A stretch of DNA of 64,000 bases, taken from the NCBI RefSeq assembly GCF_037042905.1, contig NC_087251.1:18788001-18852000 (forward strand). The letters run 5' to 3'. Position 1 is the stretch's first letter; the number at the start of each line of letters is the position of its first letter. The DNA is from Lytechinus pictus. Its lineage: Eukaryota. This document shows positions 12,261 through 25,446 of the stretch, in pieces. The notes below the pieces were generated by a model. It worked only from the letters and a program-made list of their open reading frames with translations. It had not been told where the DNA came from and made no database searches. Made by a program: the position numbers and the translations under genes.

Positions 12261-13896
12261 ACCCACACTTTTATACCGAGTTTAGCTTCAAATGTCCTCT
12301 CATGTTATGGAGAAAAAAAATCAATTACAAATTTTGAAATTTATATTTAGAATTGAATCAAAGATTAGGCCAATGCTATTAGATTTAAAAATATCTTTTT
12401 GTGTGGAATTCTTATTGTGCTTAATCACTAACCATTAAAAATGTCTATTATTTTATATTTAAATATATGGAGTCCCAATCAAAATCAGTTTGAGATCCAT
12501 GGCAATTTATAAATGCACCTGGCATTTTATACTGCAGTGCTTAGTCCACTGATGGGGTTACCCCGGGTAAACAAAACAAAATAAATAAATAAATAAAATA
12601 GGTGTTCGGTTTGGAAGTGCCAAGTTTGGTGAACATCCGTTTGGTTTGGCTTCAGGACTTTATTGGGGTATCACTATCATTTAATATTCCAATCTTATAA
12701 TATTTCAGTAATTGTTACATATTTTTCATCCGTTAATTTTTGAGAAAATTGATTTTGCATTAGTGAATATTTAGCACCCTCAATCAGTAATATTTTTCTC
12801 TTTTATTTTGTAAAAGGCCTTTTGAACACTTCTCTCATTACAAACTTAGTGCCTGCATATAAAAAGCTACAAAGATTTTATCTTCTGATTTTCATTCCAT
12901 TCAAAGCATGAGAAATGGTTTCATACTAAAAAGAAGGAATACTTAGTATTTTTGAGGGATCAAGATCCATGCCAAAATAATTTGTTATTATAAAATTGCA
13001 AAAGACATCAACTAAAACATGATTTTATTTTCCTCACCTTTAATTTTGGAGGTACATGTAGGCCTACACATGTGATTTAGTAATAAATTGGAATAGTGAC
13101 CATCACTGAAAGGAGGACCCTGATCTCACGTGCACATTACATTTTTACAGTATGCAGAACTTTATGCAGGTGACAAGACAGGATGCATATGTGCAGTATT
13201 GATGTAGGTTACTGTGCAAACCCTTCACCCGAGTAAAGGGTCTGAATTGCAGCCTACTCATGCCTTGTGTACTGAAGGCCCTCTTGAAACAGCAAGTTTT
13301 GTATGTGCTAGTCTTTGCATGGAGACACACTTATTGATCAAAGTTTCAATCAGGGTCTGTGCCTGCAGACTAGTATTGATGTATGATATCTACAGTGGTG
13401 CTCTTTACCTGTTTTCAATCTGAGAACATAAATATCTTAGAAAGTCAAAAGGGGCCTAAGCTTAAACATAAATATCTAACAGGCTAATGTACTATGTACC
13501 ACCACTTTGATAGAATTGTAAGAAGATATTGAATAATTTATTAAATGTTACATGTTTTATCAATAACAATTCACAAGTTTTGTAAAGGGTCTTACAGACC
13601 TTGTAGATCAAAATGGATCAGCTTAATACATTTGGCTTACATTTGTTATGCAGAAATTTGCCTGTTGGAACCAGAAAGTATTCATAATGCTATAAATGTA
13701 TTGTGATTTCACATTAGAAAATCATATTGTCAAAATGGTTATGTAACATATTTGTATTTCTCGACTAAGAATGAAACTCAAATCAAACAGAGAAGTCTGT
13801 ATCATGAATGGGAATAGACTAATATATGTACCAGATTAGAGGCATAAAAATCTCTAAATGAGGGGTAACATGGATTTATTCTGTTCTTTCTTGCAG

Positions 13897-13969
13897 TTTC
13901 TCCTAAACAAATAGTCCGCTTGTACAGTCGCTTTACAAACTTGGATAAGAGTGACAGAGGCATGCTCAG
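13897..13969 (+). CDS. CHP1: CHP1 exon 2
   Basis: ttcttgcAG acceptor, GTGAG donor; (F)SPKQIVRLYSRFTNLDKSDRGML(R). Confidence 0.95.
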
Positions 13970-14158
13970 GTGAGACTTTTAAGCTCTTTTCATTTGTGTT
14001 TGTTTATTTGGTTTTGTGGGGGGAATACTCAAATTATTTTTATTACCAGTACCATGTTTTGTGATAATTAGAATAAACTACACAGAGATTTTACTACATG
14101 AATATCATCGATTTGGTAGAAACATTCAAAGAAACTTGTACGTTGCAATTCATTTAAA

Positions 14159-14756
14159 TTAAAGGACAAGTCCACCCCAACAAAACGTTGATTTGAATAA
14201 AAAGAGAAAAATCCAACAAGCATAACACTGAAAATTTCATCAAAATCGGATGTAAAAGAAGAAAGTTATGACATTTTAAAGTTTCGCTTAATTTCACAAA
14301 ACAGTTATATGCACATCCTGGTCTGTATGCAAATGAGGAGACTGATGACATCATCCACTCACTATTTCTTTTGTATTTTATTATAGGAAATATGAAATAT
14401 TCTAATTTTCTCCTCATTGTCAAGTGATACAACGATTAATTCCTCCCTGAACATGTGGAATTAGCATTGTTTAATACTATATGGTTCAGTCAAGTTGGTC
14501 CTTATTGTCAAATCTATAAAAAATGAAATATTGTATAATTCAAACAATAAAAAACAAGAAATAGTGAGTGATGGACATCATCGACTGACTCACCTAGTTG
14601 TACATATCACTGTTTTGTGAAAAATAAGCGAAACTTTAAAATGTCATAACTTTCTTGTTTTACATCCAATTTTGATGAAATTTTCAGCACTATGCTAGTT
14701 TGATTTTTCTCTATTTATTTAAGTCAGCATTTTCCTGGGGTGGACTTGACCTTTAA
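14159..14756. mobile_element. Kolobok-like MITE family A
   Basis: ttaaAGGACAAGTCCACCCC ... GGGGTGGACTTGACCTttaa. Confidence 0.85.
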
Positions 14757-15364
14757 CAATACATGAACATTTTCATCTAGAATACACATACCCCCCTTCC
14801 GAATGTAAAGCAAGTGACAACCTGAACCTTCAATATGTGCTGTACAAAGATTGCTCATCCACATTGTTTGCAATATTGATGCACATTCTCCTGTAATTCA
14901 GGAAGTAGATAAAGGATATGTTATAATGGTTTTGCCCTTTTACATGCATGACTGGCAAATTTATATTGGGTGAGTAGAACGGGATTGACCACATTCAACC
15001 AGGAAGTCAAATAAAAGAAATAGAGAGAGGGAGAGGGAGGTTGATAAAAAAATAATTTGTGTGTTCAATGTTCAAGTATTTATTGCATGTAGGATGTTTG
15101 AAAACTGAACAGAAAATATGAAACTGGCTATTTAGATCAGGATTTAGAAGAAAAAAATGTTTAATTTGGAAATGTTGTTTGGCAATTAGCACTGCAAGAC
15201 ATGTACAAACATTGACTCTATGTATTGATCAAGAACTTACAATCAACAGAATAATGAGAGGTTGATTTCTTGAAAACAAGAACAACTCGTATTTTGAACA
15301 GAAAATATTCAGTAGCTGCAGTAAAAAAAACAAGAACAAAATTATAAAGTAAATCTCAATTCCC

Positions 15365-15525
15365 TTTTTTCAGTACAATCAAGTATTGTATTTATTTTCC
15401 ATCAATTAGAAATAATAACAATGATATATATATTTACAATAACAAAGAAATGATCAGTAAAAAGACTGAGGGATTGCCCTCCTCAGCATTGATAATTATA
15501 TCAATGCTGTTTTACAGAGGGGTCC
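15365..15525 (-). mobile_element. 3' tail of a LINE/SINE-type retroposon
   Basis: Minus strand GGACCCCTC...CAGC[stem-loop]GCTGAGGAGGGCAATCC followed by an AT-rich, AATAAA-containing tail; related to 38162-38309. Confidence 0.45.
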
Positions 15526-16456
15526 TTAATAAAGTGAACCCTTTGATCATAGAAAGACAGGTATTGTTATCAATCCATCATAATGTTAAGATAAACTTGA
15601 TAATGATTCATTATCAAGTTTATCTTGAAAATTATTATGAGGCTTGAGTTCATTGATGCAAATAAAATTTGAACTGCATACTGGATATGATTTCTTTATT
15701 TCAATATATTTCTGACTGAATAATGAATACTGCAATTTACTTACCATCTTTGGTTATGCTAATCTATATTTGTAATTTATGGCAATCCATTGAGAAAAAG
15801 TGTTTGATGATCCTTTCACATACTAATACACAAGCATTATATTTATTCACAGTTTAAGCTAATAATGATACTTTCAAAGTGCATGAATTCCCAATTCTAG
15901 GAAATCATTTTTACATCATATTGTTTTGTAGTATGTTACATGTACATGTAGCATATTGAACTTGCTTCTCAAAATGGCAATTCCAACCTGAAGTCATGTT
16001 GTTTCTAATTTAATTAAGAAGAAAAAGCAGACAGTAAGTAGAATTAGGAGTTTCACTACAGGCCCTCATCTGAATCATATTTTTTCCTTCAGAATGGTAA
16101 TTTTTGTGTCTTGGCATGTGAGTTGCTCTCTTGATAAACGTGTCCTGTAACATGAATTCCATTAACTTTTTTAAGAGGAAATATTGAATTAGTAGATTAT
16201 TTTACCTGCGAATTAAACTACCTGTATAACACAATTTTCATACATTTCAATCTCCAAACAAGACCTACTCATCTATCAGGACACACACCATAAGAAATTG
16301 AAATTTCTATAGAATGAAAATTTTCTTATAAGGGGGGGAGGACACAAGTAACATCACAAATTAGCATTTCAATAATCAGTAATTGACTTACTCAGGAGTT
16401 ATTCTTTAATGAATTTTCAAAGTAGTGCAGATATTTGTTATAATCTTATTTCTTAG

Positions 16457-16653
16457 GGTGGAGGATCTGTACCGGATTCCAGAGTTGGTGATCAACCCAT
16501 TAGGAGAACGCATCATCCAGACCTTCTTCCTCGAATGTGAATCTGATCAGATTAACTTCAGACAATTTATGACGACATTGGGCCTCTTTAGACCCTATCA
16601 CAAGAAACATGATGGACTTGAAGCTATCAACACAAGAGAAAAGAAACTTAAAT
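16457..16653 (+). CDS. CHP1: CHP1 exon 3
   Basis: (R)VEDLYRIPELVINPLGERIIQTFF...INFRQFMTTLGLFRP...REKKLK(F); ttcttAG acceptor, GTGGGT donor. Confidence 0.95.
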
Positions 16654-16996
16654 GTGGGTTCTTACTTTATTCATTTTATGCCTTTTTGTCAAAAAGTTTA
16701 ACATTGGTAAAGTATTAGTACTTTATTGATTAATAAGTATTATACCTTGTGCCCTGGCAAAGAAGAATAAAATTTTATAGAGAAATTGTAATCATATTTG
16801 TTTCAACTTTGATTAGAGACTAAATAATTAGTCAATTATGTAAAGTGGATTATAATACCATTCAACTGAGGGCTGTCAGAGATGTGAATTTGAAAACAGA
16901 ATAATGACTTCATAGGCCTGTCATTTGAATCATGAGTGAACTTCCTCATCCTGTACTACATGAAGTTTTGGGTAATACCACAATTTTCAGACTTAT

Positions 16997-17210
16997 AGGG
17001 TATTGCAAGAACTTGAGATCAATTGCAAGTTTAATTTTGGTCCCTACATCAATCATAAGGTTTGAAATTAACTGCGAACTTGTGATTGATTTCTAATCTG
17101 CTTCTTGAAACAAGGAGTGTAGATTGATTCATAGCCAAAATTGACCTATTAATTGTAAAATCATAACAGAATATTTGCAATTAACTGCAAATATTTTCTT
17201 GCAATACCCC
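16997..17210. mobile_element. Harbinger-like MITE
   Basis: GGGTATTGCAAGAA ... TTCTTGCAATACCC inverted ends. Confidence 0.6.
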
Positions 17211-17296
17211 CTTAGAGCTACAATGAAGATTTCCAACTCTCTGTTCGATTGGGAAATATATTAGAGTGAACTTCTACTACATTTCTATTCTAACAG

Positions 17297-17481
17297 TTGC
17301 CTTCCAAATGTACGATGTTGACAACGATGGCAGCATAGCACGGGATGAGCTGCTGGTATTACTTCATATGATGGTTGGAAGTAACATCACAGAAGAACAG
17401 CTTGGTGCTATCGCAGACCGTACCCTCACAGAAGCAGACTTAGATCAAGATGGTCAGATCTCATTTGATGAATTTCTCAAG
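17297..17481 (+). CDS. CHP1: CHP1 exon 4 (EF-hands 3 and 4)
   Basis: (F)AFQMYDVDNDGSIARDELL...EADLDQDGQISFDEFLK with two canonical EF loops; taacAG acceptor, GTATG donor. Confidence 0.96.
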
Positions 17482-17873
17482 GTATGCATTGTTTTTACAG
17501 GGCCTCATTTCATGAAACTTACCAATTGATCGTGGGGGATCGTGGGGCAAGTTGTTATGATTAATCTTACACATTAATAAATGCAATCAATCATAGTGCT
17601 AGCAATCAGCTTCCATTCATTCACTCAGCTTTATGTTACACAGCTCAAGTCTAGAGCAGGAAATGAATGTGTAAGCATCATATTAAGATTCTATAAATAC
17701 TCCACAAATTTCTCTTGTAAGTATACGAGAGATGGCACGAAATGTGTATTAAGCTAACTTCTAATCATAATAGATGGAAATGAAGTGAAAATTACCATAA
17801 ACGCAAAGGAAGGGTTATTGCCTAATTATTCATATGAACAAATTCAATGACACTTGTGTCAAACAAATTGTTT

Positions 17874-17975
17874 GGCCCGAATTCACAAAGGTGGTTTTTT
17901 AAAACCATGGTTTCTAAAACCCATGGTGTTGCAAAACCATGGTTTTAAATGAAACCACCTTTGTGAATTCGGGCC
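17874..17975. mobile_element. 102-bp palindromic MITE (Harbinger-like)
   Basis: GGCCCGAATTCACAAAGGTGGTTT ... AAACCACCTTTGTGAATTCGGGCC. Confidence 0.75.
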
Positions 17976-18262
17976 TTTTGGTTTTGATTTAGAAAAATGT
18001 TTCATTTGTGTAATATGAATATGTGATTTAAGATTATTTACAAATGTCTGAAATCTTAAGTCTAACAGAGATGAATTTTATATTGTTTGTATCTGTTTAC
18101 TTACACCATGGTATGCAAACATCATAAATTTGAAATGGACTTTGGGTAAAGTGTTCAGTGGCTCTGTAGGTACAGAGAAGTGCCAAAGAAGCACTTGAAT
18201 ACTCTCTCAAGGATACTACATGTATGTCATATTGTACCAATTGGGAACTGTGTAACAGTTGT

Positions 18263-18697
18263 AACCAGGCACCCCAAAACCAACAATAAGTCGTCAGGAA
18301 AGGTTCTCTGTCAATAACTAAAACAATAACTTGGTTTTCACAAAGTGAAAATTAGAAAATAAGCTTTTCTCAAAGAGTATCTTCTTCATACTGTAAAAAT
18401 TTGAAGTCATATATAGTTGAATAAATGAGAAAATAGAGGATTTTTACCATTTTTCCTGGACAGCTTGGAAGCTTCACAGAGATGGCACAGTGTGCACATC
18501 TTATGCTTGAGTGAATCCCTTCTTGTTTGAATCTCTCGCTGATTTTTTTCTTCATTCAATCAAGTACTTGTATGGGTAATTGTTGATCAATTTTGACAGT
18601 TATTCATCATTTTAAAGCTTAAAACGTGCTTTAAAACTCAATAAAAATGTCAAAACTCATTTTGGCCAACTTATTGTTGGCTTCAGGGTGGCAGGTC
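18263..18697. mobile_element. Degenerate TIR element, unclassified
   Basis: ACCAGGCACCCCAAAACCAACAATAAGT versus reverse complement ACCTGCCACCCTGAAGCCAACAATAAGT. Confidence 0.5.
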
Positions 18698-19090
18698 AAG
18701 TTTATGTTCTAGATCATGCCAATGCAAACTATGTTCTTCTTATGGGGCCTTGAAAGACTGGCTGTAACATATATTTGAACCAACCTGGCTCGGTGTGCTA
18801 GAGTGTGGTATTTTTTTGCTTGAATTGCTTTTGATTGCACTTGGACAATATGGTTTGCTTCAAGAAGTGCTTGATTTCTGTGGGTTTACATGTTTCACAG
18901 TAGAAATGCACCCGATGGTACAATTCAATCCAAAATTTCTGTAATACACTTGCACTGCCCTGGTAGACATGTACCATGTTCATGTGCAAATATGCTTTAA
19001 AAAAGCCTCGATGAATGAACTAAAGATGATTTTTAAAAAGATCCTCATATTCTCTTAACCATTCTCTCCCCTATCTAAATCTATATGTAG

Positions 19091-19144
19091 GCCCTTGAGA
19101 AGTCTGATATCGAGCAGATGATGAGCATTCGCTTCCTCAACTAG
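19091..19144 (+). CDS. CHP1: CHP1 exon 5 (stop)
   Basis: atgtAG acceptor; ALEKSDIEQMMSIRFLN*, matching the conserved CHP C-terminus MSIRFL. Confidence 0.95.
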   Translation, partial: ALEKSDIEQMMSIRFLN

Positions 19145-21303
19145 AGTCCAGCATTCTGCAAAAAATATCAAATAAATCAAAACTATGAAAAACTGAAAAT
19201 GCAAGAAAGATTTGGAAGTATACAAGAGCCTGATGTGCCATTCAGAATGTCTGGAGTTAATGACAACCATGCTTCCTACTTGTGGAAATACTGTAGGTCT
19301 ATACTAGGCCAGATGGCAGTTGGTGTTTTTAAGGCTGTTTAGAGATGCAAAATTCTTGTCTTGATATTGTAACAAATGAAGAAGCTCCATTCCGTTGAAC
19401 TTAATTCACAATCATCACCCTTTGTGTCATAGCCGCTGCACACTGTAGTCAAGATTATGGATGATACATCCTTGGAGAATGGCTTTGATAAGATATTCCA
19501 TGAGGACATTGTGTTATATTAGGCCATCTCCTACGAGTATGTAAATAAGCCATTCTGTTTCATACAGACGTAAAGGTTTGATATTGACTTGTCTTGTAAT
19601 AATGAAATAACTTTACCTATTGCATGATGACAAGTGTTGAATTTGTAATGAAATTGCAAAGGCATAAACTGCTACTTTTTCAGAATTGATTACTGGATAC
19701 ACTTTTGGTTTGGGAAAACTCTTACGTATATTGTGCTCCTATAGATATCTCGAGAAGAAATGGTGAATTGTCTTTTTTTTCTACCAGGAGTATCATGTTT
19801 CAGCCCTAAAAACACTGCAATGATGGTTCCATTCAACATTCCTGAACTTCTGACTTATGATTTTCATTAGAGATCGAGCAAGCGATCTTAAACACAAAGG
19901 AGTAATGCCGAAAATTTGTTTACAAATTCCTGAACTTGTTGCTCAAGAAATGTAAATTTTAAGGTCATATTAGTCAACTGCAGAGTGTTGTTGCTTTGAA
20001 TTTCATATCATCTTCAGTTGCTTGCCATTTGCTCCACTCTGGAGATAAGATCATAATTAACCACAGTTGAAAGAGTACTGAATTATGCATATGTACATTA
20101 TGTGATAATGGATGATTATTTGTATATTTTATTTCAATGGGCATACATAAACCATTGAATTACATTTATCTGAAGATAAAATAAAGCATGTTTTGCCAAG
20201 GATGGGATTTTGACTCAATACACAGTGGCTTGTTACATTTATCTCTGTGACCAGACAAGTTTTTTTAAATATTTTTTTAACATGCTATAAATTGGTTGTG
20301 ATCTGAAAATCATGTGTACTTTGTTTAATTTTGCACATGATTTCATTTCTTTTTTTTGTAGCTGGTAATAGACAAACAACAGTACTTGATATGAGAGTGA
20401 ACTATTACTTTATTGTTAATGTAAAAAAAAAAATCACCATTATTTTTAGATATTATGTCTTTATCTTGTATTGGGTGTAAGGCTAAAATATCAATTTATA
20501 ATGATTGATTATTGAAACTCATCAGAAAGTGAAATCATTCTTAGCTTCACAATTTGTGTGAAATATTATCATGTTTTTCAAGCCTAATTCGCAGAAATAA
20601 TTGTATTTCCTCAGTGTCTTGTCCAAGACAAAGTAAGGACTGTTTAATGAGCAAAAGATACAAGTGGAAAAGAAGAAAAATGTCATTACTCTCCTTTCTA
20701 TTCTTAATGGACTGCAAAACATAAAAAGTAGACATTACTTCTAATTTTTTTTTTCATTAAAAAATTATAAGATCACTATGCAAAATGGCCTCCATGCAAT
20801 GCCAAGGAATTGTATACTGCAGTTTCTAACAGAATATATTGACTTATAGCTTACACATGTAAGTTGGTTAATCAGCATCATTCTTGCAGAAAAATATTAT
20901 CCATTTAAAAGATATTTGAACTTGGATTAATGATATCTACAGTGACCATGAAAATGATATTTTAGATTATAATGTAATCTGTGTGAAATAATTATATATG
21001 GTTATAATGGTATTGGATATATCTTTAACTTCAATTTACTTTTCTCTTCAGGTTTCAAGTAAACTAATCAGCCATCTATCTGGGTTTTTTTTTTCATCCA
21101 GTAAATTATATTGATTACCACACCATGGTGAAATACTCTCATGAATCCCAGCAATAATTCTAGTATTATTCTCTACAAACTGTGAAAGGGCTTTGTATCA
21201 TAAAGGGATACACTTGATATTTACCAATTTATTGTACTTACAATCATAGATGTACTTACAATCATAGATTTAAGTAATAAAGTAAAAAGATTTGAGGAAG
21301 CAT

Positions 21304-21476
21304 TTGAGGAATTGAATTTATTCCTACTAGGTATCCATTCACCTCACCTGGGTTGAGTGAAGCACAATGTGGATAAATTTCCTGCCAAAGTAAAACATGC
21401 TATGACTAAGAATTGAACCCATGTCCCTCATATTGAAAGACGAGAGTCCATATAACCACCAGCCCATGATGCCCCC
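21304..21476 (-). mobile_element. tRNA-derived SINE (degenerate)
   Basis: Shares CCATTCACCTCACCTGGGTTGAGT-AGCACAATGTG with copies at 51958-52220 and 57980-58290; A/B-box-like head on the minus strand. Confidence 0.7.
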
Positions 21477-22448
21477 AATTTTAAGAGACTAGCCTATTTT
21501 CAATATAGGTCAGTAAAGGTATATATTTCAACTACAGGGATAACTTACTCTGAAAAGGTTTTCATTATCAGCTATGATGCAGGTTAATTCAAATCAAGTA
21601 GAAATACTTGAAAATGGTTATTTCTATGCAATGCGTCATACACTTCCGACTATTTGTTCAAATGTTTCCCAGAGTAGGCTTGCATAAAAAAATGTGGGAC
21701 TTATTTTAGTTGGAATATGGTTTACTATTTTTGTTATTTAAAAAAAATATATTCGATTATTTTTTTATTCATTTAGTTCTACTTTCTTTCTTTCTTTATA
21801 TGTATATACTTTTTTTTTTGGGGGGGGTAAGCCCTTTCTTAAATGCTGATATTTGAGAAGTCCCTTTCACCTAAGCTATTTTATCTTAAAATCATATTTA
21901 CATGTAAATCATGAACATATATTTCCTTTTTAATTTCACATTACTGATTGCTGTTATAAGAATATAATTTGGATGATGAAAAAAGCCTGCATATATAGAG
22001 TGATCATAACAATTCCCTTTAGATATTCAAATGTAGCCAGCTGTCATTTTATAATTTTTATGTTTTCTGAGATAATTATTGATCAAAATTTATTTCGATA
22101 TTATATACATAATGTTATATATAGAGTATAAGAAGTGATAATATGTGGTTATTGTTTGTATTATTCATTATTTCTTTATGAAGAAAATTATATGTATAAT
22201 TTAGTGCAATTGTGAAAATATTATATTTTTTGGACGTAGTAAACAGTGTTTACAATTTATGCTTTGATTGGAAAGATATGCATTACATGTATTAAGTTTG
22301 TGTACATGCATTTGTTTGTTCCATTTCTGGAAGAAAACAGTATCTTTAATGCTTTTCTGAATGAAACCAAACTCATAGATATGTTCTGGTACCCAAGGTG
22401 TGAAGTGTACTGACCACTTTTTTGCAAATAGTATGGTTTGCTTTGTTT

Positions 22449-22726
22449 TGGGGCGATCAAGCCTTTGCTCATGCCGGACCAGCCCTGTGGAATTCACTAC
22501 CACAAAAGCTGAAGAACTCAAACTCTGCCACATTCTTTAAGGGAAACCTAAATTTGCATTTGTTCACCAGCAGGTACTAGGTTTGAATACAGACATGTTT
22601 CCTCATTTGTAATTTACCCTTTCTTGTACTTCTCTTCTCTTTACTTTTACGTTTTGCTCTCTTCTAAGCGCCTTGAGCATTTAATCAAAATGGAAAAGAC
22701 GCATTATAAATCATATGTATTATTAT
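22449..22726 (+). mobile_element. L2-clade LINE 3' fragment
   Basis: WGDQAFAHAGPALWNSLPQKLKNSNSATFFKGNLNLHLF, the typical L2 ORF2 C-terminus, followed by the tail AGCGCCTTGAGCA...CGCATTATAAAT..(TAT)n. Confidence 0.8.
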
Positions 22727-23189
22727 TCTAAATATCATAGATGTACTGAAATCTAGAATATCGGAAATACAGAAAATATTTATTTCAAATTTCGCTCACA
22801 GAGCAAATTTTACATTGACTCTTTGCCAACCATTTTCATGTCATTGTTTACATGTGTATTTCGTAAGGGTCTAATTGAACACTTGACTAAAGAATTATGC
22901 AGCAGAGGGTTCATGGACTGAAGGCTTTTGAAACCAGTTTACCCCCATTTTCCAATCTGTTTTTTTACTTCCTTTCTCTGAAAGTCTTTATAAGATTTAA
23001 GGGCTCATTATTTTATAGGAGCAAGGGTTCTAGAACAAATCAAAATAAAGTAAGATTGAAAACAAAACAAAATAAGGTTATGGTCTTGTATTGATGTACA
23101 GGTGAGGCAGACATTGAGATCTTCTGTCTTAATTAAATGGGAATATACAATTTCAGGGAACTTGGTCTCCTGGACTTTCAGTCAACTTA

Positions 23190-24076
23190 GGTGTCACGCA
23201 CGTAAAACATTCCCCATAGACTTGTGTGTTAAAATGGCACTTTTGAAAAATTCATAAAAAATAAATGTGAAATTAGAGGGTGGAATGTTTACTACCAATG
23301 GATAGGATATATATCTGACATTCCAAATCTGACCAGGAAAGGGTACCGTAGCCAGCTCATTTTAAAAATAAATCGCCATTTATGAAGATAACTATGAATC
23401 GATCGAATTCATCAACTGAAACAGTAAAATAGCCCTAATTATTCCGCCAGTCAAAAAATAGTTCCAAATTACTTATTTATCTTCCCAATTTGGGCGAAGT
23501 AAGTTCAGTAGTTACCATTTCTAGAATCAGTGTTAGATTTTGAATCACATTCATACATTTTTGTCAATCAGCAATATCAAATTGACAAAAATTCGAATGG
23601 GTTGGGTCGAACGAATATCTTTAGCCCTCCTGATGTAATTAGGCTCGTGGAACCTATATTATGTGACTTATGTATTTTATTTTTTTGAATAGCTACTTTT
23701 CTATTCTTTTATATCTGTACACTCACACTAGCACAAAGAAATACATTGAAAATGCCTATTTTCTATGCAATGACCCATTTTAATGTGTTACCCATACATG
23801 TTATTTTCACTATTTATGGATGTATACAAATCCTACCTGCATATAGCCCAACAGTGAATGCAATGACAATATAGGTCCCTATCAATTGTAATATAAAAGT
23901 GTATGTAAATTCTGTGTAGATATCAGGATACCAGAACTGTCCCAAACATAATTACCAAATATACATGAGATTGGATGAGGAAACAATAAAAGAATACTAA
24001 TTTAGTATATTTGCATTTGACCTATTCAAAATCTTCCTAGGGCTGTTGCCTCTCAGATGTAAGAAGGAAGAGATAC

Positions 24077-24119
<43 letters not shown>

Positions 24120-25105
24120 AAAATAATTTTATAGATGGCATGGCTTAATAAAGGGGGGGGGGGGCTATACTAAGATTGCAGCACACAGCCACCCCCCTCC
24201 CTCCCTAGTTGAGCACTATTAGATACCTTACCTTACTCTGTGCCCCTTTCTAAATACCTTCTTGAAGGCACCACTCTAGTTCTCTTTAGTAAAGTTCTCA
24301 AAGTTCTATCTCCTCTCTACCTACCCCCTTCCTAAGAACAATTTTAACATGAGGAATTTCTAAAGGTCTTTCTAATGCTAAGTAGGTGATGTACACTAAC
24401 ACAAAACAATGATAAATCAGAACATAAAGAGGCCTTGACTCTATACATTGACCAATATACATACATTCCTAGGCTACACAGACCTACTAACTTTACCTGA
24501 TGTAGCCCTGCTAGCCATTAAATCCATTTTTTTACACCACTTGATGACTAAACATATTGATATCAGTGAGAAATTGTTTGCTACTGAAGAGTTTGGCCAG
24601 GTATTCCATCCACTACTAGGGATTTCCCATATTACTTACAGGTGTCACGCGCGTAAAACATTCCCCATAGACTTGTGTGTTAAAATGGCACTTTTGAAAA
24701 ATTCATAAAAAATAAATGTGAAATTAGAGGGTGGAATGTTTACTACCAATGGATAGGATATATATCTGACATTCCAAATCTGACCAGGAAAGGGTACCGT
24801 AGCCAGCTCATTTTAAAAATAAATCGCCATTTATGAAGATAACTATGAATCGATCGAATTCATCAACTGAAACAGTAAAATAGCCCTAATTATTCCGCCA
24901 GTCAAAAAATAGTTCCAAATTACTTATTTATCTTCCCAATTTGGGCGAAGTAAGTTCAGTAGTTACCATTTCTAGAATCAGTGTTAGATTTTGAATCACA
25001 TTCATACATTTTTGTCAATCAGCAATATCAAATTGACAAAAATTCGAATGGGTTGGGTCGAACGAATATCTTTAGCCCTCCTGATGTAATTAGGCTCGTG
25101 GAACC
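23190..25105. mobile_element. Composite element: two 465-bp direct repeats (23190-23654, 24641-25105) around a 986-bp spacer
   Basis: Repeats are near identical (one substitution seen); each has imperfect TIR GGTGTCACG/CGTGGAACC; CTTA flanks the whole unit at 23186-23189 and 25106-25109. Confidence 0.75.
24078..24116. repeat. (AG)n microsatellite
   Basis: Seen directly. Confidence 0.95.
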
Positions 25106-25446
25106 CTTAGCATGTACTGTTCAGGACTTTGTATGTTAATCTGGAGCTTTAGGTAAACATTTCTGGTTTTAATTGCTGAATAACACTGCACACAAATCAT
25201 CAAAATATGTTTGTGATGATACTGTACACTTTTGATAAAATTGTATGTAGTGTGAGACCTGTATACTTGAAGTGTCTTACGTTCTGCATTATTTATTACT
25301 CTTTCTATGATATGGCTCAAATATTAAATGTTAGCAAAATCATGAGAATGATTATTGTTTGCTCTCTATTACTCTAAATATATTTCAAGAATTATTTTTT
25401 TTCCATAGACACAAACTACTATATAAATGTTGTTATAAGCAGTGGA

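Noticed and set aside
23190..25105. Canonical LTR retrotransposon or TRIM
   Set aside because: The repeats do not end in CA, no PBS or polypurine tract was seen at the inner junctions, and there is no gag/pol remnant.
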